Part shown: one piece after another, positions 11,957-23,006 of the stretch
Layout: the number at the start of each line of letters is the position of its first letter
Numbering within the stretch: the stretch's first letter is position 1
Assembly: GCA_023920165.1 (NCBI GenBank)
Contig: CP089281.1
Location: 744,001-808,000 of the forward strand
Origin: Curvularia clavata
Lineage: Eukaryota
Length of the DNA stretch: 64,000 nt
Direction: 5' to 3'
Notes under the pieces: generated by a model
Seen by the model: the letters and a program-made list of their open reading frames with translations, nothing else
Databases searched by the model: none
What the model was told of the DNA's origin: nothing
Position numbers and translations under genes: made by a program

Positions 11957-12778
11957 TTATTCACGACGAATAGCGAACCAGATCATCCTAGTCCTCTCCG
12001 ATACGAAGCCGAAATAGCTTTTGCTCAGTTCCGTAAGCTTAGCGTCCACGACAAACTTGATACCAAGTTCCTTTCCGATAAGTTTCCACATTTCTTTGAA
12101 GCTCTCAACGTTGTGTCGATACATCAGTCCCGTTGGTGATTCCTCATTCCCAGGCTCAGTGGCCCCAATTTGAGAACCGACAATCATTGAACCTGGTTTA
12201 GGTCGTAGCAACCCAACGACCGCTTTGGAGACCACCAGCTGCTCCTCGTAGCCCCATAGATGGAAGAATTTTGCAGCGTGGACAATGTCAAAATACCCTT
12301 GGTATTCTGCAAGGGCAGAAGAAGGATCAAAAATGTCTGCTGTTATAAACTTGCTAGGAAGCCTATCTCGATCTTGGAATAGCTTGTATCCCAGTTCAAT
12401 GAAGTCAGACTGTAGGTCGCAACCATAAATGTTCTTTGCTGGCGCCCCGGCATGGACCAGCTCACGTACCGCGTGGGCAAAGCAGCACGCCATGTCTAGA
12501 AACTTTTCGCCATTGTGCAGGCGTTGCACGATTTCTTCGAATTCTTTAGCAAGGTGTTTAAAGCTGGGTTCGACGAATCGAAATTGGCCAATGCATGGGT
12601 AAGGATGGATTTTCCAAGCTTCGTCGCGGATCTTTACCACGTGATCGAGTACGTCATCCTGTGGAATGCCGCTATACTTTTCGAGGACTTCCCGAATTGC
12701 GGGTGCTACTTCCTTCTCCGTCGGGCTTGGATTAAACCAAGCAGGTGTTTTAGTGAGCTTGTCTTCAACTCCCATCAT
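11957..12778 (-). CDS. Class I SAM-dependent methyltransferase (fungal AusD/Trt5-like secondary-metabolism family)
   Basis: Family-typical LEKYSGIP, RDEAWKIHPYPCIGQFRF, LDMACCFAH, GYKLFQDRD, FFHLWG and YRHNVESFKEMW. Confidence 0.85.
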   Translation of the reverse strand: MMGVEDKLTKTPAWFNPSPTEKEVAPAIREVLEKYSGIPQDDVLDHVVKIRDEAWKIHPYPCIGQFRFVEPSFKHLAKEFEEIVQRLHNGEKFLDMACCFAHAVRELVHAGAPAKNIYGCDLQSDFIELGYKLFQDRDRLPSKFITADIFDPSSALAEYQGYFDIVHAAKFFHLWGYEEQLVVSKAVVGLLRPKPGSMIVGSQIGATEPGNEESPTGLMYRHNVESFKEMWKLIGKELGIKFVVDAKLTELSKSYFGFVSERTRMIWFAIRRE

Positions 12779-14865
12779 GATGGAATGTGATTTTTTGCAA
12801 AAGATCGATGATGTTGTCTGTTTGCTTGAGAGAACTTAGAAACACACGACCAAGGTATTTATGTGCCAGCGACCAAGACGACTGCAATGCCCCAAAGAAT
12901 CTCTTGGCCAATGGTCCAAATGCCGAAATAAGCCCCACCAACACAAATGGTACCCCGCCGTTACTTTGCCCTAGCTCTAGACATGCTACAACTTTATTTG
13001 TCATAGGCTTCCCGAGCAATCCGCCCACCCCGGTAGTCTAGTTGCATTCTTTCATTCTTTGCACATACCTATCAACAATCAAGCCGGATTGAGCCCATCA
13101 AATCGAGCTAAGGTGATACAGCGACCCAGCCAGGCCAAGACGAGGTTTTGAGAATCTAAGTTGAGCTGGAGCATCCACCTTGGTGAGCATGAATTGGTTT
13201 GATAGGCCCATACATGAGAGCAGAGGAGGCGGGGTGTGCTCCAGGAATTCCAGGTAGGCTAGATGGATTGCGTGGTAGTGGGTTACGTGATCTACTGTAC
13301 TATACTAGAAATCTTGATAAAGCTTCGACTACTAAGCTTATTAAGCTGATAAAGCCAGACTGTGTGATCGCTATACTAAGTCAAGCTAAGCTGATATTCT
13401 GAAAATTTCCCTTAAGTCAACTTGAACTCGACCCTTCAGCCTGACTTGGCTTGGTTATTGACAGCTTTGTCATCACAAGCGTATGTCATGACTTAGCCAT
13501 AGTCAACTTTTGACATCATAACAAAAAAGAAGCTTTACACTAAAAAATGAGCTTGAGCCACCAGTGCAGCTTTGTTCAATCGCTGAAGAATCCAGCGGCT
13601 AGCTCCTCAGTCGTATGATCACTTGTATTGGTATGAGGCTGTGTCACGCCATATTCCTTTCAATCACCCAGATACCTGGGTTTCTGGACGATTTGCTGTT
13701 TCGATAACTGAAATAGGTCTCTGCGGCTTGTGTATTGCGCGAAGATATTGTTTAACTGGTGGGGCTCTTCATTGCAACGTATAACTCTTTATAGACATTG
13801 AACTGAGCTATCTAGATTATGTGGCCCTGCTACAAGATATGAGCTAGACCCCCCTGCATGCCACAAGAAATATTCTTATGATTCTCAGCACAACCAATCA
13901 ACAGATGTTGTTCCGGCGCTTTTGGGTGCATGTTGTGGGGTCAATGCATTGTTGCAGCGTCAAGATGCAGCTTGGTCAAACGATTTCAATGACAAGGAAC
14001 TCAGTCCCGATCAACGAGTCCCGAACTTTGAGGGTTGGTATCTTATATATGGAGCCATTGGAACCGGCAATAGAGTAGGTCGAAGAGATCGACTGCCTCA
14101 TTGCAACTCTGACCTTAAATATCCCATTCAGACTTGATCAAGCCATTCATTCTTACACTTACGCAAAAGTACCCTGCTGGAGACCCAACTCCGTCTTGAA
14201 CCCATCTGATTCATCGGTCGTTTACTGGTTTTCATGTTCTGAGTAACAATAGCAATCCAGTGTAGGTGACACAAACTAACGCGCAATCTGACATCCTCCG
14301 GCCACTAGCCAATTCCGACCGGGTATCTGACCGCGTCATACATAAACATTTCTCGTGTTACAACACTGTCATCTCTAGCGAGCCGCAAAACGCCCCCACA
14401 TATGTGGTCATAGAATACATCCGACCTGCACGTATCCACCAAACTCTGCGGCTCCATGGCGGGAAGGCACAAAATTTAAATCCTCCAATCGGCCGACTGC
14501 TCAAAAGGGCAGCTGAATATCCTGTACTGTCTTGCCTAACTCGTCGGATACTTCCAAATCTTCTTTTGACGTGCACGTCTACTCGACACGGGAGATGTCA
14601 TACACAATTTCAACCCCATCTTCAAAAATTGCCGTGTTACAGTCAAGTGCTCGAAGCAATAGCATGAACCCGTGCTCCCCTTCCCTCCCGATAATCTTCA
14701 CGACAGTCCCGGGGCTACACTCAAACTCTGTTGAATGATGTTGTACCGTCATGTCACTCTGATAATGGAGACCTTGAAGCCGATACGAGATATCCAAAAT
14801 AATTATATCTACTATCTTCGACTGCCTCAATCCATCAAACTCAGCGGCAGCGGCAGCAGCACAAA

Positions 14866-16451
14866 ATGATCGAAAAAGTCAGTGTCAAATCCATCCCCAG
14901 CGCTCCACGGAGCACCACAGATACCGAGTCAAGCTTGCCCAAAGAAGAGACCTCGCGTCCTGCATGCCTCACAATCCTCGGCTCAATCCTAGTATTCTAC
15001 GCCTCCTCAGGCCTTACAAATAGCTTCGGCTTCTTCCAAGACTTCTACTCGCACGAGTTCCTGCGCGGAACCCCCAACCTGGGTATCGCCTTCATCAGCA
15101 CAGTACAGCTAGCGCTGGCGAATCTGATGGCCGCCGTGTCTGGCGCACTGTGTGATCGGTACGGTGTCAAGGTCAGTCCGGGGAACTGCCAACCCCATCT
15201 TTGTATTCCTTCCCCATAGCAAGAACTTATGTCGTGACACTAGTATCTCCTTCTCGGCTCGGGCCTCGGTACCGTCACAGCTTTGCTCATGCTGTCCTTC
15301 GCACAGCCAGAACAGTTCTGGTTTGTGTTTACGACGCAGGGTGTTCTGATGGGCTTGTCTATCTCGTTCGGCGCACAGCCCGCGCTCATGGTCGTTGGAC
15401 AGCACTTCGATCGACGCCGTGCTTTGGCTATGGGGCTCGTGTCGACGGGTTCGGCGATGGGAGGGATCGTGTTCCCACTCATGCTCGGCCAGGCGCTTCC
15501 GAGAGTAGGGTTCGCGGTTGCGGTTCGTCTGACTGCGCTCAAGGTCGCGTATGTGATGATGCCTGTCGTGTAGATTAGCACTGACGCGTGTAGTGTGTGT
15601 TATTCCATTGCGTTCTGTATCTCGACGGGTAAGCCGAAGAACACTAGCGGTGGTAGGGGTGGTGATTACTTTATCGACTTTAGTGGTTTTCTGGACCGTT
15701 CCTATGCCATTCTCTGCGTGGGAACCTGGTTCGCTGTTCTTGGTCTCTGGCTCCCGGCGTACTACATCAGTGAGTGGTTTCACTTCGACACAACGCGTCA
15801 TCTCCTTGCTGAGCAATGTATCAGAGACATACACTGACAACTTATATCATGGCAACAATGCCAGTAAGTACTTTCTGTGTATGATGAATGCTTGCAGTAT
15901 GGTTGGCGCGACACTGTGAGTTCACATTACCATGTTTCAGACCCAAACTGATCTCAATGCAGCGGTGGACTCCTTGGTGATCACATGGGTCGGCTGAACC
16001 TATTATGGCTTGTTACACTGTTATCTGGTAGCCTGTGCCTTTTTCTGTGGTTGCTGAGCAACGACCTAGCCACGCTGATTCTCTTCGCCTGCGCCTATGG
16101 TTTTAGCGCCAGCAGTGTGACGGCACTGCCAATCTCTATCATCGGAGAGATTACTCCAGGCGACAGGTTGGGTGCGCGCACTGGAGCTTTCTACAGTGTC
16201 ATCACGATCGCGAGTTTGATTGGCACACCTATTGGAGGTACTCTCATCACAGATGAGCATATCAGGGAAGGATACAGATGGTTGATTGTATTCTCGGTAA
16301 GGCATCTCTTCTCTGCAGTGCACACAGGACTAATCTAACAGCTAACATGTAATAGGGAATCGTCCTCATCATCGGCTCAATATTCATGTTCAGTAGTCGC
16401 ATGCTCGACGACAAGTACTCGTACAGGCAGCGGCAGATGGAAACGCCTTAG
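14866..16451 (+). CDS. MFS transporter, monocarboxylate porter (Mch-like) family; 6 exons
   Basis: Hydrophobic exons splice in frame through five canonical introns. Motifs: NSFGFFQDFY, GALCDRYG, QGVLMGL, HFDRRRALAMG, GGIVFPLML, DHMGRLN, LGARTG and LIGTPIGG. Confidence 0.88.
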
Positions 16452-16467
16452 ACCCAACAACCCAATC

Positions 16468-17922
16468 TCAGATTATGCTCGGAAACAAGAAATCGTGGCA
16501 ACGGATCGGGCAGCGACATCTGGGCGGCCAAAAAGGGTCCTCTGTAGGCTGGCGGCCGATCTGCCCTAGATGGTCTCCCGCACCAGGACTCACCCATTTC
16601 TCCAGCTGGATACCCCCTCTATCTTCCCTGTACAGTTCTTCCATCTCGTGTAGCGTTATCTTCAACTTCGCTTGTTCCTCTTGCCTTCTTTGGTAGAAAC
16701 GAGTTTCTTCTATGCCTTCCATGAAATTGTATACCCTTACGTTGTCGTGGACAGCCAACGTTTCCGCCACCCGTTCATATATAAGTCTGTGCAGGGTACG
16801 AGGGCAACTGTACGGCCTGTCGTGAAACAACCGAGGGCCGAGCTGGCGTTCTGAATCTTCTGAATCTTCCCTCGCATCCGGCAGTTTTATTTGGATTTCT
16901 TTTAGATGGGGCATGCTCTCAAACATATGATAGCTCACCCACGATGCACGGTGGTATTGGGCAAATGACCCGGCCGTCACTCGGAAGAAGTGCATGTAGT
17001 TGAGAAACGACATGAACAAAGCGATCTTTCGGATCGCATGGTACAGCGTTGCGTACTGCTGCAGCTCTGGGTAAATGCGCGGCCAAAGCCTATACAACTC
17101 CATTGTCTGTTGGGAGGCTCTGTCTGTAGGGAGGCCGCCCGGTAAGAGCATTTGGTGACATTTGTTCAAGCGGCGTATGACCTTTTTAAAGGCCCCTGGC
17201 TCTTTGACTTCCATACGAATGCCCGTGCTTCCGACGAAGCATATCCGGAGACATATTGCCCGCACTTCGCTTGAGACACGGAGAAGAGTGACCCATTGTC
17301 CAAACTTCTCCGTGACCTCTTGGGCCAACACGGGTCCCCTTCTCCTGTTGATCATGACACGAGGGAGTGGATTGTAACAATGTCTCACGATATCTTCTTT
17401 GAGTTCATTGGGCAGACCGGGCCAGTTGAAAAACTGGCCATTCTGCCCCCACCACTCAAACACTGTTGAAGCACCGACGGGTGTATTCTTGATTGGGGGA
17501 AACTGGGTTTTCAAGAACTGTTCCAACGGCATCCAACTGCCTCGTTTCTGCGAATACGTCTCGATGCTTCCTGTAGGCATCTCAGAACCGTCGCGTCGCA
17601 TTCGAATCGCAGGTCGGCAAATGGCAAACACGGGGTTTCGCCCGAAATTGTAGAAACCGACCCAAAGGGAGAGGTGCGGGTAGAGAAGCTGGTCTACGTT
17701 CTGCGCAATCACCTGTCCAACTTCGATAGGGACGGCGAAGCGGCTTGGTGATTTCAGTCGGTACCTGAGTACCTCTGAACGTATGTCATAGAGGAAGCGG
17801 TTGCTCTGGCAGTCGACCAGCTTCCATTCGGCGGAGGCGACAGTGATGGCAACGTTGAAGTTGATGGCAGCTACAACTGCTGGCAGGGCAGGGGTTGGGA
17901 TAGAGGAGACGCGTGAAACCAT
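16468..17922 (-). CDS. Hypothetical fungal protein with an internal F-box-like motif
   Basis: 484-aa intronless ORF. FNWPGLPNELKEDIVRHC resembles the start of an F-box (LP.EL...I). Confidence 0.65.
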   Translation of the reverse strand: MVSRVSSIPTPALPAVVAAINFNVAITVASAEWKLVDCQSNRFLYDIRSEVLRYRLKSPSRFAVPIEVGQVIAQNVDQLLYPHLSLWVGFYNFGRNPVFAICRPAIRMRRDGSEMPTGSIETYSQKRGSWMPLEQFLKTQFPPIKNTPVGASTVFEWWGQNGQFFNWPGLPNELKEDIVRHCYNPLPRVMINRRRGPVLAQEVTEKFGQWVTLLRVSSEVRAICLRICFVGSTGIRMEVKEPGAFKKVIRRLNKCHQMLLPGGLPTDRASQQTMELYRLWPRIYPELQQYATLYHAIRKIALFMSFLNYMHFFRVTAGSFAQYHRASWVSYHMFESMPHLKEIQIKLPDAREDSEDSERQLGPRLFHDRPYSCPRTLHRLIYERVAETLAVHDNVRVYNFMEGIEETRFYQRRQEEQAKLKITLHEMEELYREDRGGIQLEKWVSPGAGDHLGQIGRQPTEDPFWPPRCRCPIRCHDFLFPSII

Positions 17923-18793
17923 CTTGATTTACGGAAGAGTTGGAAGTTGTGTAGGGTAGCTTGTAGTTGTCTGGGGCTCGTTCTGGTCGTGGCCGAAATC
18001 TGCACTGTGGCTTGACAGTGTCTGTTGTATCGAAAACCCCCGGAACAAGGCTCGACAAAATACTGTCAGAGGAAAAAGAGCTTATGAGAGTATGATTTGA
18101 GGGAGGTAGCTTTGAATGAGGGCTTTGAGCTGGAAGATACTCGTGGCTGGTAGTTGGTGGTGGCAGAGTGCAAACTGTGATACAAATAGTTGTGAAAGAC
18201 GCTATATCCAATCTTACCGCTCTGGTCACATGTCACTGAAGCGTTTGATGGTTTATTACGGCCTAGTAGTGGTGGAGCCTTGGCAGTGAAAGGAATGCAT
18301 ACTAATCGGGACAGGGATGGTGGGCCCCCTCCGTCGGCACGGTTTGTTTATGTCACCCCCTCTCACCCCAATCTACCACTTTTCTGTTTATGTGCGTTCT
18401 CAGTCCAGCTTTAATGTATCTCTGTGTCTCTGTCTGTCAATTCTCTCACCACAAGTGCCAACCCTACCCAACTCTGACTCGGCAGTGCACCAACACCAAT
18501 AGACTGTGCGTCGGCAGCAGGCTAGATCACGAATGAAGCAAAACCAAATTTTATACTTGTTTACAGGAATTTACACATGAATTTCCATTGTCTTGTCTTC
18601 AGTCAGTAATTGCAAGACAGCGGTGACGCCACTACTTACAATGTAAAGCATCTGCGTGCGAACGATTGTTGACAAGTAGATACATGGCTTCTTTCCGGCC
18701 GGGGTATCAATAACTCGCATTCACCAAAGCCTCCTGTGCCACCATCGCCATGCCTGCCCGTCAAGTCTCTCGAAAGAAAAGCATAAAACGTCC

Positions 18794-19439
18794 TCACCAC
18801 ACATCCTCCGCACTAACCTCCCATTTCTCGCCATCTTCCCGCACACACTCGCCCTTCTTGTCCCTACTGCAGCTCTTGCGCATATCCAGCGCGTCCTCGC
18901 CGTCATTGTAGTACTCCTTGACCACGCGATAAACACTGTATCCCATCTTGCGATACAGCTCCTTGGCAATCTCATTCGACGCGCGCACGAACAAGTCAAC
19001 AAACCAGGCATTTGCCGCGTCAGAAGAGCGCTCAAGCGCAGAAGAAAGTGCAGTCGCATGGCCGAGACGACGCGCGCTGGGGGCGACAGTCAGCGCAGTG
19101 ATGTGGCCGTGCCAGGGAAGGTAGTTGGGGTACTCGACGCCAGTTGTCGAGGGCTTGTATGGACTGATTGGGGGCGCGTAAGGCGAGGACTCAAGCTTGC
19201 CTAGGACTGTTGAGTGTCCTGTGTCAACCCATGTGTGTCTGCGTGCGCACTGTGACTTCTCGCAACGTACTGTATCCTTCGATTTGGCCATCCATTCCTT
19301 CGATGATTTGACAGAGCTCGGGCCATCTGGTCAGGTACTCTAGATAGAAACCTATGTTATAGGTCTCGGTAAGGTGATCAAGGTTCGTCGACGATATGCG
19401 CAGTAAGTCATCTGGGCGCATTGGCCGTATCGTCGACAT
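18794..19439 (-). CDS. NAT3: N-terminal acetyltransferase B catalytic subunit (GNAT); intron 19207-19270
   Basis: NLDHLTETY, FYLEYLTRWP, WHGHITALTVAPSARRLG, FVDLFVRASN and EDALDMRK are NAA20/Nat3 signatures. Confidence 0.93.
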
Positions 19440-20148
19440 CTTGATGTACTAGAACGACGAATGAGTGGTGGTAAGGTATGATACGAGCTGCTTGGAGGGA
19501 CAAAGGCTCTCGCGGTAGGTATTTAAATAGTGGGATGAAAACTGCCCCACCAAAATAGCCCAACGTGGAGAGAATCACCACAACACTTTCAGCTATGGAA
19601 TAAGTTTTGCAAGTAATCTGAGCCCATATATCACCTCCAATAAAAGCCATCACTTGTCTGTGAGAGCTAGTGGGCACGTTGTGCTGAAGTTGGTGGGTAG
19701 CTACATAGTTAGGGGTACATCTTAATCCGACTTTACTAGTAAGTGCACCGAGAAAGGTACTGTCACAGGGAAGTCTCACTTTGATGCCTGTCGCATCTCT
19801 CTTGTGTTCTCCAAGTCCCACAGGTGCGCCTCAAGTCATCTCACGAGTAAGTCTGTAGCAATTACCAACATAAGAAAATACGATTCTAAGCTTCAGCGCC
19901 AACGCTACATTATGAGGAAACAATGGGTATCTGGCAAATTAACAGCAACAACACATGACCACCCATTTCGTTATTTGTGGCCAAAACATCCTTTCTTCTG
20001 TACGCGATCAACGCAAGTTGAGATGTCCTCCATTTCCCAAGCGCATATTCAAGCTCAAACTCAACATATTCTTCTCCTCTCATGGATGCGCACCGCTCTA
20101 TGCGATTTGTGTCGCTCCATCAGTGTGTAAATAGAGCAGTGAACGCAA

Positions 20149-23006
20149 TCAGATGCGGAAAGAGTCAATACTACCCGGGCCGACCGGGCCGTTAACGAAG
20201 TCCTTGACAGACGATGGTCCTGAGCGCATTGCACGTTGCTCATAAGCCAGTGGGCTTTGAGCTCGGCGGGGGCTCGCTGGCTGGCGTAGGTTATCCATTG
20301 CAGAAACGCGGGCCACGCCGTTGCCATGGCCATTGGTATAACCATTGCCGTGACCGTTGCTATAGCCATTGCCAATCGGCGAAGCTACACGAGATGGGTA
20401 GCCATTCTCATCAGAGTAATCACTGAGCTGGGTATTGTTGCGCGAGCGCAGAGAGGCCGCGATGGAATTGTTGCGGATATCGTTGGGAATCGGCGGTGCC
20501 TGGCGGAAACGACGATTTGGTTGTGTGTGCTCCTTCTCGTCAACCAGGACTACCATCCAAACGCCTACAGATCCATTTTGGCCGAGGAGAGGAGTGCAAT
20601 GAATCCAACGAGGTCGGCCCTCATCTGTTGCTTCTTCGAGATCTTCGACTGGGTGTGGTAACCAACGGATTTTCGCGGTCACGCCACGTGAGCCGTCTGC
20701 AAGTGCGTCACCAAGGGATGCACGGACGCGGTTACTGCCGCCGATTCTATCAAGGAAACGCGACTGAAGGATTCCGGGCACGCGAAGCGATGGGGAAGTA
20801 AAGAGAATACGTAGAGAAGGCGCTGGACGAACGATAAGGTACTGAATCGCATGTTAGTCATTCCATTATGACTCGCAAGAAACATTGTTAAACTCACGTG
20901 CTTGTATGGACCAGAGAGACGCCCGTCGGACGAAATCGATGGCTTCTCTGGCCCGTCAACTTCAAAGGTCGACCGATCCTGAATGAGCAGCCTGGGCTTG
21001 TGCTGAATGGAACCATCATCTTTCTCCTCTAGATGCTCCCGATGCATGTTTCCGCCATATCTGCGCACCGTGTCCAGTTCGGTGTTGTTGAACATCTCAG
21101 AGAGTGCTTGAAATTCGTCCTTGGGAGAATCCTTTTCTATAAGCCCTTCTTCTTGATCAACCATGCGTCGAAACGCGTCGAGTTCTGTGCCATCCTTTAC
21201 AAGACCTGTCACGTCGATTTGCGCGCCAATAAAGTAGCGAACCGTTCCGCGAGAATCACAAAGAGGGGCAATCATCAGGAGGTTCATAAATGGAGAGCCA
21301 TCGCGACGACTAATTACTATTAGCCAAAGGCCACTCAAACTCAATCGACAGATACTACTTACTAGTTCAAAAAGACTTCGCTGTGGTCTTTACCCTCTCG
21401 AGAGGCTTTTGCAAAACGAGCCACACTGTGACGATTCGTTCGGGGTCCCTGTAGGAACCGACAGTTGCGACCAATCGCATAGTTCACCCCATATTGCGTC
21501 GTGCGGTGGAATTCTAGTCTCCGATCAGTGACGCACACTATGTCATGTTTGAGGGGGTACCGACCTTCAGATGCAAAGATGATTGGGTTGTCTGTCCGAG
21601 ATGGGTCCGTCAGGCAGAAAACCTCGGCCAAACCTTCGCTAGCCTCACGCAACATCGGAGGGAGGTTACCCGTGACTCTCTTAGAAATGCTTGCGCTCGC
21701 AACCTGAACGAAGATGTGGGTGATAAAAGCTGGCAAATCATCGCGGACCAAAACGTCAAAGGCCAGGTTGGCCTTTTCTTCCAGGCTTGCGTTGACAGTG
21801 CTTCGTGCTGCGGTCTCCGTAAAGTTCAAGCCATCGATAGGCTCTAGCGCTTCAGCAACAGCGTTTGCATAGTTAATAGCTCGTAGTGCCTTTAGTGCGT
21901 CCAGATAATACACTAATTTAGGGAGTGAGTTTGGTCGATAGGTGCTGAGGAACGAGGTGAATCGAAGCAAAGATGCAGTATCGGCAAAGATTGCGTGCAA
22001 ATGCTCCCTCGAAAACAGCTGATCGGCCCTGTTCTCCAGCGAGAAGAGGGCTCGTTCGTTTTCTACTGGCGCAGGAACCAGATCAAAAGAATGCGGATCA
22101 TCTTCCAGTAGTGGAGAGAGTCTGTCACCGTCATCCAGCGTTCCACCCTTCTGCTGCAGCGGCCCTAGCTGCTGGGTCGCAATGGACGGTGCTACAGACT
22201 CGTAGGAGATGACTGAATCGGCTGAACTTCGCATAGCTGGTGGCTCTGTTTCTGCTGCTTGGGGTGTTTGAGGATTCTGTGGAGTCTGGGAACGCCTTGG
22301 TGTTTGAGAACCCTTTGGTGTCTGGAAATAGTCGTTGGGCGTCTGGGAATCCCTTATTATCTGGGAATTTCTTGGTGTCTGGGGATTCTTCGGTGTCTGT
22401 GAACGCTTTGGGGTGGCTGATGGTGTACGTGAATAACTATGAGCACGCGACCGGTTCCTTTCTGGTGTCGCAGGCCAGATTGGCGACGTTGGTTCTTGAC
22501 TCAATCGTCTTTGCAACTCAACACGATGCTGTTGAGCCTGGGGAGTACTCGAACTAAGTGATTGTAAGCAAACAGAGAAAGAGTATACAAAAGGGATGAA
22601 CGTACCTGGTCCGGAAGGGGATATGAATCTCTCGTCTGGCGAACTCGACTTGGGGCGCTGGTGCGAAGTTATCATCTTCCGAGTGCCAACTTCCTCGACG
22701 CCCGTAGTCGCCCGAACTAATGACGGGTGAAAGAGGGGCACTCGCCCCAATCGGCTCAGCTCCCCCTAGCATAGTTGCAAAATCTAGGACCAGCGGTTCA
22801 TCCAGGGCACCGCCACTACCGTCGTCTTTGGCCTGCGCATCTGCATCGGGGGCCATGACGCTATCAACATAAGCTGGGGCCAGCTCGCTTGGACTCCCTT
22901 TTTGGGCCGAGGTGGAAGTTGAGGCTGATGTTCTGGATGCGTCAGAGGACCTCTTTTGAGAGAACATTCCGTGCGCGGATCGAATCTTGTTCTTGAACAG
23001 GGACAT
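20149..23006 (-). CDS. LOV-domain blue-light photoreceptor, RGS-LOV-DUF type; introns near 22554-22605, 21514-21564, ~21315-21360, ~20843-20897
   Basis: Flavin-binding LOV motif GRNCRFLQG, preceded by FCLTDPSRTDNPIIFASE and followed by NYRRDGSPFMNLL..YFIGAQIDV. There is an upstream helical RGS-like region (LVYYLDALKALRAINYANA) and a C-terminal WIHCTPLLG..GVWMVVLV domain. Confidence 0.9.

Noticed and set aside
13290..13420. TpA-rich patch as a RIP-degraded transposon relic
   Set aside because: Too short, with no terminal repeats or transposase/reverse-transcriptase remnants visible.
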